Assembly: GCF_040938485.1 (NCBI RefSeq)
Contig: NW_027271546.1
Span: forward strand, 1-64,000
Direction: 5' to 3'
DNA: 64,000 nucleotides
DNA from: Diadema antillarum
Lineage: Eukaryota
Every line of letters starts with the position of its first letter. The stretch's first letter is position 1. Shown in pieces: positions 35,777 through 49,400 of the stretch. Position numbers and translations under genes: made by a program. The notes beneath the pieces were generated by a model. That model had not been told where the DNA came from. It saw only the letters and a program-made list of their open reading frames with translations, and searched no databases.

Positions 35777-36515
35777 ATTTTGCCGAAGAACTTAGCATTT
35801 AAATAGGATCCCATTCCTAATCCTAGTTTAACATGATCATTTGATAATTACAACTATATAATAAGGTGTCTTGGCTCTGGCTAGGCTATGCTACCTGAGT
35901 GAATGAAAGTCCACATTCGGACTAGACAGAAAAACCCATTTGTTCGGAGGAGTGCTATGATTTTTTTTATCTTGATTTGTTTTTTTAAACTTTGATGGTT
36001 CTCCCCCATGATAGATGGAAGCCTCTAGACACTGTTGTGGGGGAATGCTTAACCACTGTTCCTATGAATATGCTGGCTGAGGTACCTCGCCCTCCTTGGA
36101 AAGGTCTAAATAGCAGTTCTACCCCTAGATTGACAAGTTTAAACCAAAATAATAAACTTAACATCTCATGACTACAGGGCGATCACAAACCGTTTGCGAT
36201 ATCAAAGATTTGGATGGGATTTTCATCTTTTGTTTTGTTTTATCTTGTTTGTTTGTGTGTGTGTTTGTTTGTCTTTTTTTTTTTGGGGGGGGGGGGAAGT
36301 TGGGGTTCTGATGTATACATTATAACCAGAAACAAACAGACCTAACCATAACTATATAGTGTAGAATTTAAAGGATCCAGCTAAACAGTGAAGACTTCCT
36401 CTACTCTTCAGTGTATTTTTATGTCATAGGTTTGTACCCTCATTCACGGAATTACAGATTTTCTTGCAATATTCCTTTTGTCTCTTTGCTTTCCATCTTT
36501 TCAGCCTTAGTAGCC

Positions 36516-36630
36516 ATGGCAACCAAGAGACGGTTGGAGATGACGCCGTCACATCCTGACCAGGATCCTGACTATGAGGTGGTCACCACACCAACAGCTG
36601 CTAAAAGGCAGAGAGTGCAAGAAGAAGAAG
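36516..36630 (+). CDS. YEATS2: YEATS2 coding exon 1
   Basis: MATKRRLE...DQDPDYEVV...KRQRVQEEE. Acceptor at 36504, donor G|GTAAG. Confidence 0.9.
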
Positions 36631-39600
36631 GTAAGATTGTAGTCTTTCCAAATGTAATTTAACTTAAGCACCAGGAACATCTGCACAATAACAAAAAGAC
36701 ATTAAAGCCTAGAGGAATGTCCCCAAAGAAAAATAAAGACAGAAAAGAAATTGTAATTCTTTCTTAAAAAATGGAGAATTGGGCAAAGAAAATAGGATTC
36801 CATCTGGATTCGAATACGAGACCTCCACATTGCTAGCCCGGTGCTCTACCAACTGAGCTATACAAAGCCATAGTACAGTGTTTGTCCAAGAAACCCTTAA
36901 TTCTGAATGCTCGTGTGTGACACGCACACACACACACACTTAAAACCCGACATAAACCTGAAGGATAAATCAACTTGGGGATAAATGCAAGGGATCATTG
37001 AAGTGATGCAGCTTTTTATGTCTCCCCTAAGAAGTGTCGCTAGAGGCATTATGTTTTTGGGTTGTCCGTCCGTCCGTCTGTCCGTCTTTGGGTGCACATG
37101 CTCAAGGTCAAAGGTCAAACGGTCAAGGTCAGATGTTCAAAATTTTACTATTTCTCCCCATATCTTCACAATGCCTGAAGGTATTTTCTTGAAACTTAGT
37201 GTATACAAGCACTACCAACTAAAAATTCTCCAGAGAGAGTTTTGGGTCATGAGGTCAAAGGGTAAAGGTTAAAGTGAAAATGTTAAAATTTTACAAATGG
37301 TTCAAGGTATCTTCATGGAACTTAGTACATATGCATGTACTGACTGGTAGTGAATGTCTAGGGAATTTGGGGTCATGGGTCAAAGGTCAGGTTCAAAGGT
37401 CAAATGTCAACTCCTCAAAATTTCACTATTTCCCTCAAATTCATGCAATGCCTGCAGGATTTTTCTTGAAACGTAGTTTATACATGTATTAACCAATAGA
37501 GATTCTCTGAAAAGTTTCTTGCCTAAAGGTCAAAGTTCAAAGGTCAAGTGAAAGTGCTAAATGTCTCTTCTTCCTCAATATCTCAAAAGTGGCTCATGGT
37601 ATCATCATGAATTTATGCATGTTCTACTTGACAGTGATTCTCGTGGAATTTTAGGGTAATAGTGTCAAAGGTCAAGGGTCAAAGGTTGGGTTGAAATGCT
37701 AAAATTTTCTACTTAATACTGAAATTATACTTTTTCCACATACCTTGAAAATTGTACATAATCTTATAAAAGGGTCAGAAGTCAAGTAAAAATCCTAATA
37801 TCCCCAAATACCGGCACTCTTAGACAATGTAGCCATTTATACCTTTAAACCTTGTTCAAGGAAAGTGAACATTCAACACATTTGTGACAAGCCTGTCATT
37901 TTAATAGTTTGCCAATTATGAGAAACTGTCTTCATACATTGTCAAGACATTTTACTATAGACCTATTAGGAGAACCATGCCTTATGGCGGAGGCATACCA
38001 GTCACCATAGCGACATTTCTACTTGAATATGTAATAAATGCAAACAAAGGGAAACTGACCAGAGATGAATATAATCTATTAGTGGAAAAGATGTGTGCTG
38101 TGTAAAGCTTACTGTATACAGGATGGCAGATTGAGGGTGAAAGAAATTTGAAGTGGTACCCTCCTTAAGAATAATAAAATAAAAATATATGACTATTTAT
38201 ATGTAAGAAATTTTCAGGATTTTCTGTTGCTCATACCCCATGTGATATCTGATAGTATAGAAAAACATTGATACATTGTATTTCTTTGTTTTCACAGCCA
38301 AAGAGCAGACCATCAGGAGAATTCAAGTGGTCATCAAGAAGCAGTTTAATATTGCTTTGCAGAACAAGGAAAAGGAGATTGAACTTGTCGATGAGGTTAG
38401 TTGTGTCATCTTGCACATTACTTGGCAAGTTTTTATTCCAGTGAGAAGAGTGATCACCACTCATGGGTGGTTGAAATTCTGTTCACTATTGTTGATATGC
38501 ATAATCTCGTTTTATCAGCCCATGTAGAGAAATATAAGTTAGCAATAAATATTGAAGATCATCTGGAACTGAAGAGAGGAAATCCCTATGTGATTTCGTA
38601 CATAATACTATTGCAACTACTGCTACCACTGCTGTCACTGCTCCAGCTACTTCTGTTATTACCATTTTCTTGTTTTTGTGTTCGATGTAAAAAACAAAAA
38701 CAAAAAAAAACAACATTATATTTGAAAGATTAACAAAGATGAGTTTGATACTCATTAAATGTCAACTTGCAGGGTAATGCGTGGAAGTGTCATTCTGTGT
38801 GTGAGTATTCATCCTTGTGTTGATTATCACAGTAGATATCCGTGCTTGTTCACCATAATGAAGTGGAATAATTGAAAAGGATATGCTCCTGTTTGATACA
38901 AGGAAACAAACAGTTACACAGGCCTTGCTGCAAGGAGGATCTATTGAAATTGTTCAAGTTATGTATCATTTGTTTGCAACCTCTCTTCCTTACTCAAGTT
39001 AGGACTTTGAGGAAATGTTCTTTCAGGTCTTCAGACTAATCTGTACCCGATAAATGATTCCTATGATCAACTACATTATACCAAAATACTGGTGTTCTCT
39101 TTCATCGTAAGCTCACACAAGACATACAGTGTTCATTTTATGCTCTATACTGTGATAGTTGGCATGGCAAATATTGGATGTAGTATCACATTTTGTAACC
39201 CTTTTATAACTGTATTATTCACACAGAGATTGCAGAAGGCACGTGTGCAGCTTGACAGGCTGCGGGCTTGCATTGTTGCAAGGTATTATGGGAAAGCTGG
39301 CCTCTCTTCGACATCAGGAGAGGTAAGAATCTTGTTCTGCTCATGAAACTGTCAAAAATCTCTAAAAAAGGAGGTAGTGTAATCCAATAATGAGAAGTTA
39401 TGAAATATATTCTATTGAATGTGTAATGTAACTTCATCTGTTCATCAAATGATGGCAAGTTGGCTCAGAGTGTGTTAATTTCTGATCAAATAGTTCAGGT
39501 TATAGCAAATGGTTTCTTCTAGGCTCATCATGCCATACCAATGAATGAGTGAAATATAACACATCTAAGTACCAGTCTCAAAGAGATATGTGAACTGAAG

Positions 39601-42600
39601 TAGTTTGCATTGTTAAAATGAAAATGTGGAATTTAGTCATGGTAACTGACATTCTGGCATTGTAAATGCTAACACACATCTAGCCTATCAAATTATAAGA
39701 TGAGAAAATAAGCTGTCTTTGTGAAAAATCATGCAAATGACATGCTCCCCTGCCCTGCTCCCCCTCTAATACGGTTCCTTGTTATCTTCCTGGTACAGAA
39801 GAGCAGGCAAAAACTTGACCTAAGTCATCCTGCCATTCAGCGAGCCTTGGGTCATCCCTCCAAGGCTTCTTCCTCTCCACCTCCACTACAAGATGAGGAG
39901 ACCAACTTGTCTCGTCCTCCAAGCCAGGTGGGCAGGGCATCGCTGGAGGAGAGTGGTAGGTCAACTCCTATCGCAGAGCTGCTTGGACGGAGCGATGCTT
40001 TTTCAGACCTGGATGGGAATGGGTTCTCCCCAGGACCAAAGGGACCCCGCAATCTAGGACAGGTAAGCCAGGGAAAGAATCAGATGGTGAGAACATCTTG
40101 TCTTCCTGGTAGCACCATGCCTACCATTCTTTTCTTGTGTAGTTTTCATTTGTTCATGAGGAATGATGTATGTCATAATTTTGCCCTTGTTCATCTGTCT
40201 TGTTTGATGTGTAAATTGCCCTCCATTTTTTTTTTTCTTTTGCTTGGAGATATTCAGTTGTACACTTAATGAAAGCTGTACCTCAGTTTCTTGTGAATTG
40301 CATTATGTTGATCTATCTGGCAGCCAGAAACAGTAAATCTGTGATTGACTTAGCAGATGAAGTTATCAAAATGTCAGTTCTTTCAGAGAATTATTTAATG
40401 TTGCAGATTCTAAAATTGTGTTGTTGTTTTTTTCACCCATGCTAGGATACATTTGGAGTTGGCCCTCCTCTAGACCACATCAAGCATCACACTGCACTCA
40501 TGGAAGCATCAGAAGGATCACGATTTCATGTCAAGAAACGAATCATTGTTGGAAATGTCTCGAAGTGAGTCAAATTTGAAGACAAACCCAGCCAACAGAA
40601 TATTTGAGGCATGACCCTTGTCAGAAGACAATAGTGTGTGCTATGGTTTGCTATTGCTGAAATGGAATATATTGTCGCTTGGGTGACAAGACCTCGTATC
40701 TGAAATTTTGGTGAAAATTACTTTTTTGGATTAAAGGTCAGTTAATCAGATGAGTGATGTCCTGTCAAAATCCTAGCTGTTTTACCTTAAAAATGAAGCC
40801 ATCATGGCATGTCAAAAGAAAGGCTCTCCCATTTGATGCAGTGCTTTGGCTGCCATGTTGTTTTGCTCTCCTGAACATTTTACATTATGTAGATACGAGG
40901 TCTTGTCGCCCCAGCGACGATATGTAAATACAACTGTGTATCACCTCTGAAGAAGATTCAAGCAAGTCGTTGGATCCGTAAATTTTGAATGTCTTATTTT
41001 TAAGAAAAACCCTTTCATATAAAATCATAAGTGCAAAATTGTCCATTGCCGTCAAACTGTGTGAAGTTATCACATTTCTCAACATATTTTTGTGGAATTG
41101 TGAGTTGATGAATCAAACTGCTGTTACAGATATCTTTTCCATAACCGCTGCCATATAAGACAACATTGTCTCAACAATGCATGAAGGTTATGCAATTATT
41201 GCTTGAAGTCTTGTGCTTTTATGCGAGTAAAGCAAGAGGCACCACAATTGTTATGTGAGTGATTGCTTGTGCTATTTGGGACTTTACCAAGTATGCCCTA
41301 CTAGGCTTTATCAAGATATGTGTTGTATGAAAATAAGAAGGTCTTCAAAGGTTATGGTTACATACTGTACTTGTGAAGGGTAATCTAGTGTTGACATCTT
41401 TTATGTCTGCTGACAAGTCAGTTCAAGGTATGCTGATGTTATCATCTACATTTATCAGATATATTCCCCCAGGGCACAGGGAGGATAGTGACCCGTCCAC
41501 CCATAAGTGGATGGTGTATGTCCGAGGACCTCCTGATGAACCTAGGATTGACCACTTTGTGGAGAAGGTCTGGTTCTTCCTCCACCCAAGCTACAGACCC
41601 AATGACCTGCTGGAAGTCAAGTGAGTTGGGATTTTTTTTTAAAGAAGTTTTTGTTTTATTGTGTGTGATAGCCACTATATAACTTTCATTGTAAGGATGT
41701 TTTTTACAAGGAAAAGTTGTGTATTGTTCTACTCTCCCAGCCACCGTGTGAATCTGTGTTCAACTCTGTGCAAATTTGTTTTAGTATGTCTGGGCCACAT
41801 ATTTGTTTCATCTAGAAATGATTCAGGTAAGATTGACAGTTTTGTCATTGATGACTTCTTACTATGTTTAAAACCTTATGCAGAGAGCCACCATTTCATC
41901 TGACACGTAGAGGATGGGGGGAATTCCCCATCCGGATTCAACTGCACTTCAAGGACATCCGCAATAAAAAGGTTGACATCATTCATCACTTGAAGGTAAC
42001 TTTTGATTTGTGCCTAGCTATTGACTTTACCTCATTTTCTATCATTGATCCCACTGAAATATGCTAAATCCTGTTGAAATTATTTGCTCTATTCATTAAA
42101 AGTTTCACTACATTGCAAAAGGATGAAATTCAATTGATAAGTCAACAAATATTATCACTTTTTTCAAATAATAGGTCAAAAGTCAAAGTTAAAGATTACT
42201 GAAATTAATCGAACAGTGTCATTTCCTGGCCATAAATTCCATGGATTTGAATTGTAGACAATGGACAACAAATGCACATGTTAGTGTATTAGTTTGATTT
42301 AAAAAAAAAAATGTTGTATGAATTGTTTTTGAATGATTCAATGAATATGATCATTTCAGGCAGCTTTTGTGCAGAGTTATACATATCACAGAAATTATTA
42401 GTCAATTACATAATTCAGATACTCACAGCTATTATCATTCTGGCCTTTATGCTCTTATTTCCAGCTTGATAGAACCTACACTGGATTACAGACTCTTGGA
42501 GCTGAAACAGTAAGTCAGCAGAGGAGTAATAACATGGAATCAAATCTGTCCAACTCGACTTACCTGTGAAAATCACTGAGAGTTTTGTGATTTGCCTGAG

Positions 42601-43454
42601 TCACTTCAGCTCTGACAGGCTGGCGAGCATACACCCATGAATGATGGCAGTTACATTGCTCATCCATCCATCACCAATGAATGCTCGTCAACCAGTCAGA
42701 GCCGAAGATGTGACTAGAACAAGTCCTGAAATTGTCTTCTCCATGATTTTCACAGGTAAGTCCAGTTGAATAGAGTTTATTAAGCATCGTTATTATATTA
42801 CCTGGATGAATCAATATCTACATTGGTATTGACAGAATACTATTTCAAGTTTTTAGTCTTACATGTGTTATTTGCAAGTTAGTTCATTCATTTTTTGATC
42901 CACTGAAATATTACTAAAGTAATGTGTTCAGACAAGTGAGAGAGAGAGAGAGAGAGAGCTGACTCTCAATGATGATGACAAGTTTATCTGATGATTAATA
43001 CTGATTTTTGTGTGTTATCAGATTGTGGATGTAGAACTAGATCGCTACCTCTACAGTGAAACGGGTGATCCACTTTCACGACCTTCGACACCAACAGTCA
43101 CCAAGGTCAACTACAAGGAGGGTCTGAGACCAGCTCTATCTCGCGTGCCAACTCCCATCCGCAACACCATTTCCCTGAATGATGACAGTCGCAGACAGAG
43201 CATCACAAGCCCTAGTCCTCAGCTGCTTGAGTCATTTGGGAAAACCCCAGACAGCACCCCTGAAAGGTCGCGAACTCCTTCCCAGGGTTCAGCAGCATCC
43301 AGTCCGCTGCTGAAGTCGTTACCAGGCAGCAGTGGAGCCACTCCAATGTCCATTACCCTGGATGGATGTCTTGATGGTTTCAAGGAAGAGGCAGGAGGTA
43401 AGTCCTGTCCAGTTTGAAAATTTTCCAATAAAATCTGTTTGTAGGAATCATATA

Positions 43455-43488
<34 letters not shown>

Positions 43489-46400
43489 GAATGAACAAAC
43501 TAATGCCATAGAAGGGTAGCAGTTTGCTAATTTTTCTCTGAAAAATAGTCTGTTCACATTTACTTCGTTGAAGTCCTATATTTGATGTCTCTTAATATGT
43601 GCAAGCTATCACATGGATTGTTCTTGTGAATAGATGTGATAAAACACGTAGGCATTTGTTATCAATATTGCTGGCTTGTCTTGAAGTGAAGTCTGAGTAC
43701 AGTGACGTACCAGAGAAGTGCTGACTCTTATGAAGTATTCCAAAGACATGGCAGTATTAGGTATTCATCTTGTTGAATATACAAGTTGATGCTGCTCTGA
43801 AGTATTTTGAGATCTCAAGTAATGTGCTGCAAGAGATAGTCAAGTCCATGTTTTTCCTTTGTCTGACACAACCAGATCTAGGTCCATCAGCAGCAGTGTC
43901 CCTTGGCAAGCTGTCCCTGAAAGTGAAGGCTCAGTCGGGTCCTGCCTTGCTCAACCAAGGGAAACCTGTTCGCACCATGCCACCACTGGGGCCCATCTCT
44001 ACACCCATCAACAGTAAGACTCCCTCTCTGGACCCACCCACGACACAGGTCAGTCCAACGGGGCTGGACAGCGTCAGCTTCTCGCCTTCCCTACTGGTCA
44101 ATTCAGGCAGCTCAAGTCTAGGAACTCTTCTCTCAGATGGGCAAACTGTGTCACCAACACAGACTGGTGCCATCAATGTGGGTGACATTGCAATCTCATC
44201 ACAGGGAGGAAACCTTATCCGGATACAAGACGGACAGATCGTCCAGGAGCTACCCTCAGACGCCGTCTCCCCAACTCATGCTAAGGCAGAAATGAAGACG
44301 GTGGTAACCCTTAATCAAGTGATGTCGGGTTCAAAGTCCATCATCAAGGCATCACAAGCATCGTCCCCTCCTGGCACAAACACACCTTCAATCTCACTGC
44401 AGAAGATCCCTGTACCAAGCGCATCAAGTCATCCTCAGGCGATGGTCGGTACATCTACTCCAGCGATGCCAAGCACTGTCAGTATATCCCAGCTGAGCAA
44501 GCAACCCTTGGTGGCATCACCTGTGGTGCGCAAGAGCCCTTCGGGGGTCACCCTGGTACAGCAGACTGCTGTTGGTGTCTCAGCCTCCAGGCTTGGCCAG
44601 CAGGCAAACGTCATGCCAGTGATTCCAAACCCTCCACCAGGCACTCAATACTACGTCACAGCCAAGTCAACAGACAAGAACCTGCAGGGGAAAGTGATCC
44701 TGATTCCCCAGCAGGTCTTCTCACAGAACTCTGGTCAAAGTGGGAAGAGTGGACGAGGAGCAGGGAAGACATCAAACACAAGCAAGCAAGGTGAGAGTGT
44801 TCCTGTAGTCTTGGGAGAATCTTTATTTGTTGATACAGACGACTTACTAATTTTCCTTGTAATAAGTTGTTTTAGTGCATGGAACTATTTGACATTTTCT
44901 CTGTATCGTCCACACCTGAGATGTATCCTTGTGTTGCTATGTACAGGCAGTAGGGGTACTCATGATCTTTTTATGCTTAGCCATATAAACAATTTATTGT
45001 CTGGATATTAGAATGATTGACCAGTCCATTTCCAGAGCAAAAACAAAAACAAAACAACAATGATTTAAGCTGCTCAGCTCTTGTCTGGCATATTTGTCAC
45101 CTAGCTGACATGATGTGTCATATTACATTTTTACTGCTGAAATGGAAGAAAGCAAATATGAAAACCATAAAGTTTGAAGTATGCTGCTAAAACCATGCAT
45201 TTTCAGGTCTTTTTGGAGTGGACACTATTCCTCCTATGACATGCATCTTTGACATATGCTTTCAAGGTACATCATGAAGACAGAGAACATAAAATGCACG
45301 TGTGGTGTCTGGTAATTTTTGTCACATTTGAATTAGGTTACAAGAGGATTGTGGTTTTTCTCAAACCAGCCCAATTCTATGCCATATTTTTTATGCTATT
45401 GTGTATGTGCTGCTGACAAAAAAAAGAAAAGAATTCAGTGGGAGACTCATTGCTCAGCAACACTGGGCTGATGACCAGGTCACAAGGTCTTTGCAAGGTA
45501 TTACAATAAAAAGCATACTTGTCAACTAATAAGATTTTATCAGATTCAGTAAGATTTTTTACATTAAAAATAGCAAAATAAGATTTTCTGTCAGAGAAAT
45601 AAGATTACATTCAGCTATATATGACATTGCAATTTGGGAAAGTATTCAACAAAGACCAGTTCAAAAAACCATACACAATGATGTCTTTTTAAAGCTTGTA
45701 AAACTGTTGTTGCTCTTCTATATACTTTAACGAGGTAGTATTGACATATGTATAAGCCAAGTTTCATATTCACATGATTGGAGTATATCTCTCTCATTTC
45801 CACAGGTTCGGGATCCTTCCTGTCACCAAGCAATGTACTAATCCTTCCTCAGGGCTCTATTGTTCCTCCCTTGCCCCCGGGAAGCATCGTCCAAATTCAA
45901 CCTGTCCCCACCCCAACTCGTTCGTCCTCTCAGAGCAGCGGGACTGCTCAGCAGATGACTCGCATCGCCCTCACTCAGAAGTCAGGGGCGTCCACAATCA
46001 TTACGCCCAAGCCTGCCACTCAACGGCTGGCCTCAGGAGGAGGGGTCATTCAAATCCAACGGTCAGCAGGGCAAACACTGGCCAAGCTTGTTCCTGCACT
46101 AGGAGCGCCCACCCAGCAAGCCACATCTTCGCCATCATCAAGTGTTTCGCTGATACCAGAGATGAAGGGACAACTGGCTAGGACTCCAGCTGGGGGAGTG
46201 GTCCTTGTTCAGCGCTCCTCAGCCAACTCAAAGAGCAACACTGTACAGACTCTCTCTGGACTTCCCAGTGTAGTTGCCACTCAGACAGTCCCTGTTGCAC
46301 AGAAAATTGCCATCAATCAGATAACTGGGTCCAACATCATTCCAGCACAGCAAAAAGTCTCCTTGCCACTTAAAGGTGGAAACTCTGTTCTCTTGCCACA

Positions 46401-49400
46401 AGCCACAAAACTGTCCTCATCAAGAACTGTTGTTCTCCAGCCTACAGCACCTTCTCCTTCTACAAATTCAATGAAGACAATCCAAGTCAGAAGGGAGCAG
46501 CCTGCTGTGAAAACAGTGACTAAAATTGTGCCTCCCATGAATGACTTGGAAAAGACTTGTGAGAAAATGAAGTCATGTGCTGCAAAAAATGTGAAAGAGG
46601 ACAAAGTAAAAGATGCAGGAGAATTGGACCTGTTACGTGAGGCTGTAACAGAAAGGACCAAACCCAGTGTCGGTAAAGATGAGGAACCAGGCACTGAGAA
46701 TAAACCGAATCATGTCAAGCAAGTTAGCAATGATAATGGGCTCCTGAAAGAGAGCACTGAGAAGAAGGAATGTACCTCAAGTAAATCGTTATCATGCCAA
46801 GAGGATGTGCAAAATGTTGAATCTATGCAAGCCAGCACAGGAGCAGTATGTAGCAATGAGGAGGCCATGGATGATAGTGACACTGTGCATCAAGTGGTGG
46901 AGGATAGTACCTCAGCTCTTAAGGGTTTGAAAACCTTGAAGGATGTGACAAGCCATTGTGATGTAGAAATCAAGAAAGAATTGGAGGAGGAGATTCCTGT
47001 GGCAGAATCCATGGAAGTAGATGATGGGTTGATTCAAAATGGAAGCAGTGTAAATGGTCATTGTGTAATACCCAAGTCTGTAGTCACAGCAAATGTCGCT
47101 GACAGGAGAAATAAGACTAGCAGGACTGAGGATGGGAATGTCACAGTTAGCGAGTTGTCCATGAAACCTAAAGCAGCCGTGTCTAACAAGTGTGTGATAA
47201 AAGTTGTCAACGCCAAGCTCAAAGGATCCACAGGGTGTCAGGATGCATCCCAGCCCAGCCAACGCAGAGTGCGGGTGATTCGCATCAAGCAGGAGCCGGG
47301 CACGGAGCCCATCCTCGCTGCCTTGGCAACCGCACCCATCCTGTCTCCCATCCAGGAGATGAGGGATGGCCTGGAGGCTGGTGGAGGACGAGGGGTTGAG
47401 GCAGGACCAGCTCAGGATGGTTGGGAGAGCCGGGAGCTCAAGGACTGGATGAAGGTCCTTGGTGAGCACTTTGAAGAGGAGACCAATCTCTATGGTGTCA
47501 CATCCATTGAGCAGTTAATGAAATATGTAGCTGAGCAGGCTCCTCTGATTGACTCCACTAGAGGTGAGAAGACTTCCTGTGAAAGTGATCCGTTTAAGCT
47601 AGATCATCACAGTTTACGTAGTATTGTTGATATTTGGGGTGATCCACAACTTAAAATGTCAGGACATTGCAAAGAAAAAACACATCGTGTAATTGTGCAC
47701 GAATTTGTTCACATCATGGTCCTAAAAGCTTGACAGCAATGGTCAGTAATGCTGCAGGATTGTAGATGCTATCATTTGCCACCTTAGCCTTACTTTTTCA
47801 ACACATGGCTGCAGTTAATTGGTTGTAATCTGTGCACCAAAATATCAGCCTGATTTGTTGTGAGTTTGTGGACACATTTAGTTGTTTCTTCCTCTATCAT
47901 TACATCAATTCATGGCATGATATGTAGAATGGTGCACACTTATCATACTGATGTCCTGCATTTGATGTTTCACAAATTTTTGACATACATGTAGCTATGA
48001 CAGGCCGAAGCCCTGGTCACCCTGGTTACTCAAAGTGTTGCCAAGCAACCACATTAATTTGCTTCATAGTGATATTGAGGGAATTAGTTTTGGCATTTAA
48101 TCATGTGCTTATGATTAGATTTTAACATGTTTACCTTGATACTAAGTAAGTGTTCAAATTTTTTAATTTGCTGTGGTATTTTTTTCTTATTTGCAGGATA
48201 GATATTTCTATTTGGCATATAAAAATTCCTCCATTCACACATAGTGAAATAGACTTGGTATTCATCACTTGACCCATTGAGGACGAGGCGCAAGTATACT
48301 CGGGCAAGTGTTAATGGGGAAAAGCAAAATCAGCCCGTCCACAACGGGTTAAACAGTAAAGATGACATTTACCTTCATCTTCATTCACCTTACCTGACAT
48401 AACGAAGGCTGTACTTTCAAGCCTTCCATGTGCTACATTCATACCTTTTGGCAATCATCAGACAATTATCATGCCTCATAAAAGAGACCACCCCCCTCTC
48501 ACTGTGGCCGAACAAATAGTATACAGAATGATTTGGACTACCTTTGAGGGCATTGCTGCTATTAATGCCCTGCCCTTGTTGAGTCTTTTTCAAAACATAT
48601 GTCATAATCATACGAAACATTTGTTAAAGACAAGTCGTATACAAAGTTGTATGATTTCCTCTGTGTAGGTTGTGTATGAGTTATTATTTGCCCGCAATGC
48701 TGGAAGTCAAGCTTGTGGTTTGCAGAAATGTTTCAACCATTTCTTATGCCTCTACTACCCTGAAGGGTCCCTGAGATATTATCTTCATTAGATCATACCC
48801 ATGATATGGATGTCTGTTGCTAATGAGTATACAATTTGTCCTTGCAGTACAAAATGAGCTTCCTTTCTGTGCGACATCCCTGGATCACTACCACTCATGG
48901 CCGCTTCCAAAGCGGCGGGCAATGGAGTGGCAGAGGGCAGTCTTCATGCATGGCAAAGTAGCGCGACTGAAGGTCAAAGTAGCACGCCTGAGTGACGTTC
49001 CCATGTGGAGCAAGAAGAAGATAATGATCTGGTGTCGGAGGCATGGCTTCACTCCACAAGAACCTGGTGAGTTTTGTCATCATTTTTGTATCGCATGGAG
49101 GGATTGTTTGTGAAACAGAAAGCAGAATCTTTGTAATTTTGCCTTCGTCAAAAAATTTGTGAGGACAGAAGCCTCAGACCCCTTTTTACTCCACTGGCTT
49201 GCTACTTCTGGACAAGCAGATTTCAACAATTGTTTTTTTCTTTTCTAGAAATGAATAAATATACTTGTACAATACATTGATGTCAGATTGGTGGTCATCA
49301 CCAAGACAGTATTCATGACTTAATGAGATACTACATCAATTTGAAGCTTGGTCATCCTCACTGTTTTCACTCATCACTGTTTTACAGGAGCTAAAGAAAA

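Noticed and set aside
36797-36867. Functional tRNA gene
   Set aside because: The B box is mutated and the cloverleaf stems do not pair. Kept only as a SINE head / pseudo-tRNA.
43219-47469. Several minus-strand ORFs of 70-185 aa
   Set aside because: Antisense shadows of YEATS2 exons 9-11.
47995-48060. Extra YEATS2 exon between exons 11 and 12
   Set aside because: No convincing donor or polypyrimidine tract. Exons 11 and 12 join in phase and match the family without it.
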